From Bryobacterales bacterium (GTDB taxonomy: Bacteria; Acidobacteriota; Terriglobia; Bryobacterales; Bryobacteraceae): a DNA stretch of 64,000 nt. Shown in pieces: positions 57,279 through 64,000 of this stretch; position 1 is the first letter of the stretch; each line of letters begins with the position of its first letter. The notes below the pieces were generated by a model. It made no database searches. It saw only the letters and a list, made by a program, of their open reading frames with translations, and was not told the origin of the DNA. The stretch is taken from positions 21,919 through 85,918 of the forward strand of contig SHUD01000003.1 in assembly GCA_009697505.1 (NCBI GenBank), read 5' to 3'. The translations under genes and the position numbers were made by a program.

Positions 57279-57366
57279 GTGTACCTCGCTTTTGGCTAAA
57301 CTCCGGAAATCACGATCATCTTATCATACGATGAACGGCGCGGCGACCGGCGTCATGACCGGCCCC

Positions 57367-58329
57367 CTACTTGGCGCCCTTCTGCAACTTTTTATAAAAC
57401 GCCTCAATCGGCCCATAGGGGCCGAAGCGGTGCTGGTTGAGCGGGAAAGGATCGGCGAACGGGCCGTAGGCGTTATCGACAGGCTTGGCCTCCCGCTTGG
57501 GATAGTCCTGGTCGAGGTTGGCCATCTCGGGGCGCGGCTGCGAGTTGATGTAGGCGGCCACATCGAAAGTCTGGTCATCGTTCAGGTCCGGGCTGCCCAG
57601 CGGCATGCGCGCCTTGATGAAGCGCGCGGCGGTGAGCACGCGGTGCATGCCCGCGCCGTCATTGAAGCTATCGGGTCCCCATAGCGGCGGGAACACGTAG
57701 CCGCGTTTGGGATCGGCATTGGCGCGCAGACCCAGTCCGTCGGCTCCGTGACAAGCGGCGCATTTTTCGGAGAAGACTTTCTTGCCCGCGTTCAGGTCGG
57801 CGGCCCGGCTGGGAGTCTTGAACGCTGCGGGCTCGTGCGCCATCCGCTGCGCGGCGCCCATGGCTTTGTTGTAGCCGTCCAAAGAGCGAAGGTAAGCCGC
57901 CATCGCCATCATTTCCGGGCCGTCTTTCGGCAGAGGCTTGCCGTTCATGCTGCGCGTCAGGCATTCGTTGATGCGGTCCTCGACGTCGGTCTTGGCACCA
58001 ACACGCGGGGAAACGCGCGGAAAGTGTTCCTTGGTGAGCAGGAGCGTGAGCGTACCGGGCTCGGTTCCGGCGCCCAGGTGGCAGGACGCGCAGGCCATCC
58101 GGCTCCCCGAATAGCGCTTGCCGGGATCGGCGACATCCGGGCCCAGCAGTTCCGAGGTTTGCATGATCAGACGCCGGCCGTATTCTTCGGTGGCGATACT
58201 GGGCGGCGCGGATTTATCCTGACGGAGAACCGTGGGCGACAATCCCAGTGTTGCGGCCACGGTGACTGCGCCAATGGCGCAGCAGGCCACGACGATGGCG
58301 AGCATGCTTCCTTTCTCGCTGGGTTTCAT
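57367..58329 (-). CDS. tsdA: Diheme cytochrome c, thiosulfate dehydrogenase TsdA type
   Basis: CASCH and CAACH; RINECLTRSMNG (Cys ligand); PPLWGPDSFN.GAGM.R...AA.FI...MP. Confidence 0.8.
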   Translation of the reverse strand: MKPSEKGSMLAIVVACCAIGAVTVAATLGLSPTVLRQDKSAPPSIATEEYGRRLIMQTSELLGPDVADPGKRYSGSRMACASCHLGAGTEPGTLTLLLTKEHFPRVSPRVGAKTDVEDRINECLTRSMNGKPLPKDGPEMMAMAAYLRSLDGYNKAMGAAQRMAHEPAAFKTPSRAADLNAGKKVFSEKCAACHGADGLGLRANADPKRGYVFPPLWGPDSFNDGAGMHRVLTAARFIKARMPLGSPDLNDDQTFDVAAYINSQPRPEMANLDQDYPKREAKPVDNAYGPFADPFPLNQHRFGPYGPIEAFYKKLQKGAK

Positions 58330-58493
58330 CGGCGTCCTCCTCTCTTCAGCATCTGTTCATAGTCTTGCACATCCGCCTGAAAACGATGCTTAGGCTTTTC
58401 GAGCCACATCCGCAAGCGCGGGCTGAGTAGCCAGGCCAAGAAAAAGATGGCGGCAAACCCGAGAGCCGAGAATACGATGAGATTTTCGATCAC
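58326..58493 (-). CDS. Small single-TM protein (CcoQ-like position)
   Basis: 55 aa, one TM, 4-nt overlaps with both neighbours. Confidence 0.65.
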   Translation of the reverse strand: MIENLIVFSALGFAAIFFLAWLLSPRLRMWLEKPKHRFQADVQDYEQMLKRGGRR

Positions 58494-59701
58494 CTTGGTT
58501 CTCCTTGGTAGAACCCACGGACATAGTAGGCGACCGCGGAGAGTTCCGCCTCGCTCAACCGGCCCGTCCACACGGCCATCTGTGTTCCCTCGATTCCATT
58601 GCGCAACACGCGGATACTTTGCGCCAGGGTGGGGCGCACGCCTTGCAGATTGGCGGGAACGATACGCAGTTCAGGGACAGCCGAGCCATCGCCGCCTCCG
58701 TTCATGCCGTGGCACTGGGCACAGTTATCTCGATACACGCGCGCGCCGAGTTCCAGAGTCGCCGGAGGAATGCCGGGCTCCGGTTGACCCACGGATAGCT
58801 CGCGGAGGGCGGCGGCCACCGCGGCGCGGTCGTCCAGAGACCAATCCCGCCAGGCGGGCATGGCCGTGCCGGCGACTCCATTTTCGAGAACGAAGCTCAG
58901 GCGCGCCGGTGAATATTGATGCTCGCTCAGATCCGCTGGGAGCGGACGCAGCGATCCGGCGGCGCCGTCGCCATGACCCCGCGGTCCGTGGCAGCTTGCG
59001 CAGTTGTGCTGATACAGTTCGCGGCCGCGCACGATGTCGCCATTGCCAGGAAGCGCCGGCGTGGGCCCTTCGCGGCGGGCCTTCCCCGCGTTGGCATTGA
59101 TCACGGCCGAGTGAAACGCCATCTGCGGCATTTCGTCATCGGGACAATTGCAGCCTTTGCGGGCGCGGGCTTCGCCTTCCGGGCCGGCCAGTTCGCGAGC
59201 GCGGCCCAGGGAGTCGAGATAGCTGACCAGGTCCCTGGCTTCCTGCGTGGGTTGGTCCGGCGCGCCATTGAACAGCGCCCGATAAGTAGGCATCACGGAA
59301 TCCGCCACCACACTGCGCGGTGAGTAGAGATGCGCGAAGTGCCAGTCCGCCGGGTGGGTCTGGTATTGCCGCGAGAGGTCCGGACCGATGCGCCGCGTGC
59401 CCCACAAATGCGGGTAATCCAGGCGCGTCTCCCAGGCCAGCGTCGGCGCGCCGAAACGTTTCATGTCGGCTTCGGTAAAGCGGACCTGCTGGGTGTGGCA
59501 GTACGCGCAGCCTTCGCGGGCATAGATGGCGCGTCCACGCATCTCGCTGCGCGTGAGGCCCAAGGGATTCTCGGGCGCCATATTGCGGCTCTGTTCCTGA
59601 AGCACGCGCGCGGGCCAGACCCCCAGCAGCGTCACCGACAGAACGAAGAATAAGACGCCCGCCACTGATGCGACGATGTAGGACATGCGGAGCGCTCTCA
59701 T
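58490..59701 (-). CDS. cbb3-type subunit II (CcoO-like) fused to two extra cytochrome c domains
   Basis: GR.IY.REGCAYCHTQQVR, WGTRRIGPDL, HLY.PR.VV..SVMP.Y; also CASCH and CAQCH. Confidence 0.85.
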   Translation of the reverse strand: MRALRMSYIVASVAGVLFFVLSVTLLGVWPARVLQEQSRNMAPENPLGLTRSEMRGRAIYAREGCAYCHTQQVRFTEADMKRFGAPTLAWETRLDYPHLWGTRRIGPDLSRQYQTHPADWHFAHLYSPRSVVADSVMPTYRALFNGAPDQPTQEARDLVSYLDSLGRARELAGPEGEARARKGCNCPDDEMPQMAFHSAVINANAGKARREGPTPALPGNGDIVRGRELYQHNCASCHGPRGHGDGAAGSLRPLPADLSEHQYSPARLSFVLENGVAGTAMPAWRDWSLDDRAAVAAALRELSVGQPEPGIPPATLELGARVYRDNCAQCHGMNGGGDGSAVPELRIVPANLQGVRPTLAQSIRVLRNGIEGTQMAVWTGRLSEAELSAVAYYVRGFYQGEPR

Positions 59702-61086
59702 GAGGCCTCCGCCAGGCGCGGTGAGACATGCTCCACCGGCTCCAGGCCGATCGCGGTTTCGATTTCCGCCAGTCCCGCGCCGCGAGGACCGGTCACGAGG
59801 CCGATCAGGAAGGCAATGAAACCCGCAAACAACGGGATAGCTGACAGTACGCGCACCAGCCAGTGGAGTTGGGCGGCGCGCACGGATTCGAGCCACGGAG
59901 CGCCGGATTGCCACAGACGCGCTTCCGCGAGACCGGCAAGCGTCAAGTGCGGAACCATGAGCAGCACGCCGGTCACCAGCAGCCAGTACGACCACGTCAT
60001 CGCGCGCCGGTTATAGCGCGCCCAGGGAATCCGCTGCCAGGCGTGGGCGATCCCACCTGCCGCCGCAAACGTCGCAAAGCCGAGCATGGCCAGGTGCGAA
60101 TGTCCGATCACCCAATCGGAGAAATGCACGGCGCGATTGATGGCCATCTGCGCCTGCAACGACCCTTGGATGCTGACCAGCAAATAGAAAACGGTTCCCG
60201 TGGCGACAAAGCGCAAGGGTATATCGCGGGCCAGATATCCGCTGCCGCGCAGCGACAGCAATAGATTGGTCACCACCAGAATCACGTCCAGGCCCAGCAG
60301 AGCCGACGCGGTGATGGCTCCGATCTGCGCGCTCATGGGGATCACGGAATACACATAATGATGCGTGCCGTTGAGCGGGTAGAGAAAAAACAGCAGCCAG
60401 AAGCCCAGCATCGAAAGAAAGTGGCTGTAAATGGGCCGCCGCGAGGCCGCCGGAATCACGTAATAAATGATGGCCAGCGCCAAAGGCGTTACGTATAGAC
60501 CGACCGCGTCGTGAATCCACAGGCCACTGAAAGCCGCGCCCTGCGCGCCCGGCAGGAACTCCGGTACCAGATTGCCCATCGGATAAGCGAACAGCGTGAA
60601 GATCAGTCCACCGAGGACGTACCAGCTCGACACGTAGAGATCCTCGAGCCCTTTCGTGAAGAAGGCCGGCAGAAACTGGATGGCGGCCAGCAGCAGCGCC
60701 AGGATGACGAAGGCGTCCGTGACCAGCGGGAATTCGGCCCATTCCAGAGGTTGACTGAAGCCGGCGAGCACCAGGAGCCATCCGGGAATCACCACGGCGA
60801 AATTCCACAGGCCGAACAGCCACTGGCCGAGGCGGGCGCTCAACACGGGGCGTCCCGTCAGAACCGGAACAGCGTGATACAGGAACGCCAGGAAGGCGTT
60901 GGTCAACCAGCCGAACAGAATCCCCTGTGTGTGGTCATAGCGCAGGCGGCCCCAAGTCATCCAGGAAACACCCGCGCCGAGGTCCGGCAGCAGCAGTTGG
61001 GTACCCGCCAACAAGCCGAACGTCATGGAGACGAACAGCATGAGAACCGCAGCCAGGCCGTGCGCATACACGAGCCCGGTTTCCAC
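59698..61086 (-). CDS. Heme-copper oxidase subunit I, cbb3/C-family-like (5' end uncertain)
   Basis: GRLR..HT, WIHDAVG, YP..GTHHY, WVIGHSHL; many TM segments. Confidence 0.85.
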   Translation of the reverse strand: METGLVYAHGLAAVLMLFVSMTFGLLAGTQLLLPDLGAGVSWMTWGRLRYDHTQGILFGWLTNAFLAFLYHAVPVLTGRPVLSARLGQWLFGLWNFAVVIPGWLLVLAGFSQPLEWAEFPLVTDAFVILALLLAAIQFLPAFFTKGLEDLYVSSWYVLGGLIFTLFAYPMGNLVPEFLPGAQGAAFSGLWIHDAVGLYVTPLALAIIYYVIPAASRRPIYSHFLSMLGFWLLFFLYPLNGTHHYVYSVIPMSAQIGAITASALLGLDVILVVTNLLLSLRGSGYLARDIPLRFVATGTVFYLLVSIQGSLQAQMAINRAVHFSDWVIGHSHLAMLGFATFAAAGGIAHAWQRIPWARYNRRAMTWSYWLLVTGVLLMVPHLTLAGLAEARLWQSGAPWLESVRAAQLHWLVRVLSAIPLFAGFIAFLIGLVTGPRGAGLAEIETAIGLEPVEHVSPRLAEAS

Positions 61087-61157
61087 TTGCGGCGATGCTG
61101 GACGAGAGAGAGGCAAGCGAATATACTTGCATGGCGGACTGCCGCCGCGCAATCCCC
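61076..61157 (-). repeat. Truncated copy of the repeated promoter/structured element
   Basis: Aligns with 63281-63359 (shared CCGGTTTCCAC, GGCGATGCTGGACG, GAGGCAAGCGAATATACT, GCAATCCCC). Confidence 0.8.
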
Positions 61158-61295
61158 AGGGTTGAAAGGCCCGCCGTTTACTGGATCGGGCCTGCGGTCA
61201 GAGCCTCAACAAGATCAGTCGAACTAAATGTGGTAGTGTGCATTCTTACGGGGCGGCTGCACTGTCATGCCCATACTTCAAGTTCGGAGTCTTCT

Positions 61296-62036
61296 ATGGC
61301 AACGCCCCTCACGCTCAACGTCAAAGATGTCCTTTCGTTTTTCGACCACATCTCTCCCATAAGTAACGGCCACGTGTCGGCAGTCGTCGGCGTGGTGGGA
61401 GAGGATCTTGGGATCGCACTACTTCAGCGTTGCTTGCGGCACCAGCATGGCATTGTGAGCCGGGTTATTACGAAGGGCGGAATGCCGATAACGCCTACGA
61501 ACGGGACTGGCAAAGGCCACCGGCTTGATAGATGGCTCCTTGCGGACGCCTCAGACGACCACAAACGAACGGTTTATCAAGTTGAAGTGAAGAACTGGTC
61601 AGCGACGGCTATTGGAGGCAAGGAGCTTCGAGTGGACGCCCCTGATTCTACCGTGCGGAGCTTCCGCAAAGAGCGATGGCTCTCGCATTGGGATGCGGAC
61701 CAAGGCCGCTTTCGTTACGAGATTGTCGGGAAAGTACTCGACAGAATGAAACTCCCGGCGCAAATGGACGATGTGAGCGGGAAACTCACGGCGATCTCAC
61801 CGCCGTTCCAGCAAGCCGAGGTTGAGCCGCTGGTCTGTTTCTGGTGGGCGACGCACCATAGCGGGGAGGATGAATCCCTCTTCCGGTACCCCTTGGTACA
61901 TCCAGTAAACGGGTTCATGGGGTTTTGGGTATTCTCAATGTCCAACTATCTTCGTTCGATCCAAGACACGGAAATCGAGTTGGAAATGCCATCAGCGGCA
62001 CGGCGAATTCAATGGCTGAACCAACTGTTCAAATGA
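61296..62036 (+). CDS. Putative PD-(D/E)XK nuclease-fold protein
   Basis: G.VGEDL, RLDRW, QVEVK spacing typical of the restriction-endonuclease fold. Confidence 0.5.
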   Translation: MATPLTLNVKDVLSFFDHISPISNGHVSAVVGVVGEDLGIALLQRCLRHQHGIVSRVITKGGMPITPTNGTGKGHRLDRWLLADASDDHKRTVYQVEVKNWSATAIGGKELRVDAPDSTVRSFRKERWLSHWDADQGRFRYEIVGKVLDRMKLPAQMDDVSGKLTAISPPFQQAEVEPLVCFWWATHHSGEDESLFRYPLVHPVNGFMGFWVFSMSNYLRSIQDTEIELEMPSAARRIQWLNQLFK

Positions 62037-62165
62037 TATCCAGCGGACCCAGCGCCGCCGAACCCACTGAGACCGTGCAAATACGACGGAACACAATCCT
62101 ACGATGACCCGTCTCGTTGTGGGACAAAGGATCGTCAAGCCCCCGCGAAAAACGCTCAACGGCGG

Positions 62166-63031
62166 TTAGTGCCCGCCCTCATAGCGGTGATCGCAAGAGT
62201 GGCATTTTTCCGCGGCTTCCTGGGTCCAATACACGTGCCGGACAATCTTCGCGCCGCTGCGCGTGTAAGACTCATACGTCGAACTGCGTCCATTGTTGGA
62301 CTGGCTGATCAGAGTGCCCCAGTTATTGGGAGCATCGCCGGCATCTTCAGCGTCCTCGGCATCGCCGGCAGATCCGGCCGCGTTGGGTTTGGTTGTGGAG
62401 GTGGTGGAAACCGTGCTGATGGAGTCCAGGTGAGCGTAGATGATGTTCAACTCTTCGAAGTCAGGGCGTTCGGCTGCGTACTCTCGGGGCTCGTGGAGTA
62501 ATCCATGCAAGTGTTTTGCGAAGTGCCATCGACGGACTGGTGGTCCAGTCCAAACGTATGGGCGATCTCCTGGCACATCACATGCTGCCTCTCATTGGCA
62601 TTGTTGTAGGCGTCGGTGTTGAAGTAGGTGTTGTTCATCTTGGCCGTGCCTCTGGTGATGTGAACGCCACCGGTGATATAGATCGTCGCCAGGCCGAGCC
62701 AACCATTATTTCCGTATGTGGAGTCGCACACCTGAGTGGTCCCCGCGATCGCCGCGCAGCGCCTGGGGTTTGTGCTGCCGGCGACAATCGCGGTCAGTAC
62801 CGGTGTAGTCGTGCCGGCCGGCTGGCTGTTCCAATCTAAAGAAGCATTGGCAAGATACGTCTGCCAGCCGACTGACAGATTTTTTCCCAATTTCAAAGTG
62901 AATGGGTTCGCCGTACGCGCCCAGTGGAAACCGGCCCAGGAGTGCGAGGCCGATATATTGTCCACCAGCATGCCCATCCCTACCAGGGCGGCAACAGAAA
63001 ACATCAGAAGGCGTTGACGAGTGCGCGTCAT
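62166..63031 (-). pseudogene. Secreted zincin-like metallopeptidase with a 1-nt frameshift
   Basis: Signal peptide; CQEIAHTFGLDH, TCMDY; continues in another frame DFEELNIIYAHLD after about 62463. Confidence 0.7.
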
Positions 63032-63173
63032 GTTCAGGCTCCTCAGCAGGCAGTTCTCAAAATAGCTCAGCGATGGGCGCAGCTACCTGCCCATCAATTA
63101 TATCGGTAGTCGGCAATGTTTCAAAGACGTTCTTAGGGCGAAAAGATATCTGGAAAGTACTGCTAACGGTACC

Positions 63174-63359
63174 CAGCCGGCACCCTCCGCCGCCAACAAC
63201 GGCCGCCGGGCAACTCGAATCCTTCGACGGGCTGTCCTACCTGGCCTCGCTTGACTAAGGAATACCCGGCCGGGGGGCCGCCGGTTTCCACCGTTGGCGA
63301 TGCTGGACGCGAGGGAGGCAAGCGAATATACTAGCATGGGCGGCTGGTGTGCAATCCCC
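63174..63359 (-). other. Promoter plus structured non-coding element (longer copy)
   Basis: TTGCAC-18-TATATT; long-range pairing CGCCAACGG / CCGTTGTTGGCG; internal hairpins; ends in GGAGGG with no ORF. Confidence 0.5.
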
Positions 63360-63395
63360 TGATTTTGGGAGTATCTTGGCTAGAAGGAGGTCATT

Positions 63396-64000
63396 TTGCG
63401 TGCGAACACGGTGAAGCGAGGATACCGCCCGTTCCGGGCGCCGGCTCTCTGCGCGCTAGCCCTCAGCCTGGCGGCGTGGTTGTGCCTGGCGGATGAGCCG
63501 CAGTCGGCTAGCTCGGCTGCCAACACCGCGTTCACCAGTTCGGTCCAGCCGGTTCTCGCCAAGAACTGCACCGGGTGTCATAACGCGAAGTTGAAAACCG
63601 GCGGGCTCAATCTGGAAGCCTTTGCCAACGCAGCTCCGTCAGCGCAGGACCGCGACACATTCGAAAAGGTCCTGCACAAGCTGGAAGCCGGTGAGATGCC
63701 GCCCAAGGGCCAGCCGCGGCCGAGCGATGCGGAATTAAACACGGTGACAAAGTGGATCCAGACCCGCTTTGGACTCGCGGCGCGCGCAACGGTCGCTGGC
63801 ACGGGACCCGTGAAGGTCCGGCGGTTAAACCGTATTGAGTACAACAACACCCTCCGCGACCTGCTGGGAATCGACGTGCAGCCGGCCAACGATTTTCCCC
63901 AAGACGATTCGGCGTACGGCTTCGACAATATCGCACAGGCGCTCTCGGTATCTCCGTTGCTCATGGAAAAATATCTGGCTTCGGCGGAGCGGATAGCACG
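63396..64000 (+). CDS. Planctomycete-type cytochrome c / DUF1587-DUF1592 protein, 3'-truncated by window edge
   Basis: Signal peptide, CTGCH, GEMPP, RRLNR.EYNNTLRDLLG, DD..YGFDN. Confidence 0.85.
   Translation, partial: MRANTVKRGYRPFRAPALCALALSLAAWLCLADEPQSASSAANTAFTSSVQPVLAKNCTGCHNAKLKTGGLNLEAFANAAPSAQDRDTFEKVLHKLEAGEMPPKGQPRPSDAELNTVTKWIQTRFGLAARATVAGTGPVKVRRLNRIEYNNTLRDLLGIDVQPANDFPQDDSAYGFDNIAQALSVSPLLMEKYLASAERIA

Noticed and set aside
59698..61086. Nitric oxide reductase NorB
   Set aside because: Retains the C-family helix-VII Tyr position and lacks the HLWVEG motif of NorB
63174..63359. c-di-GMP, c-di-AMP or Moco riboswitch, or SRP RNA
   Set aside because: Only incidental short matches; the core consensus elements are absent
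1..64000. tRNA/rRNA genes, prophage, intact IS
   Set aside because: No cloverleaf or rRNA-like stretch and no phage structural, integrase or transposase ORF recognised

Overview
GC-rich bacterial chromosomal window. Gene content (VWA-related protein, DUF1800/DUF1501, DUF1587/1592-type cytochrome, SpoIVB-like S55 peptidase) points by inference to Acidobacteriota (Solibacter/Bryobacter-like). Housekeeping genes include a partial clpC, pccB-like carboxyltransferase, clpP, lysS, lolC/E, pit with DUF47, a Gld-like ABC system, pncB/pncA and a form-II coxSLMG-type molybdoenzyme operon. These are interleaved with small accessory or decaying pieces: four toxin-antitoxin pairs, Uma2, gene fragments, frameshifts, a 253-bp intragenic inversion and cargo flanked by diverged direct repeats. 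I saw no rRNA, tRNA, CRISPR array or intact transposase/integrase. Most notable items: (i) a translationally coupled operon of a cbb3-like heme-copper oxidase subunit I, a tri-heme subunit II, a small membrane protein and a TsdA-type thiosulfate dehydrogenase, next to exported DsrE-like and CX5R proteins and a sulfite-oxidase-family pair; (ii) a twice-repeated promoter plus structured non-coding element (61076-61157 and 63174-63359), one copy fused to the oxidase 5' end, possibly an orphan IS110-type non-coding end; (iii) a self-contained sRNA candidate at about 20019-20111; (iv) a ParE toxin split by an inversion; (v) many apparently leaderless genes (TANNNT-N6/7-start). All calls come from reading the sequence and motifs; no database searches were run.
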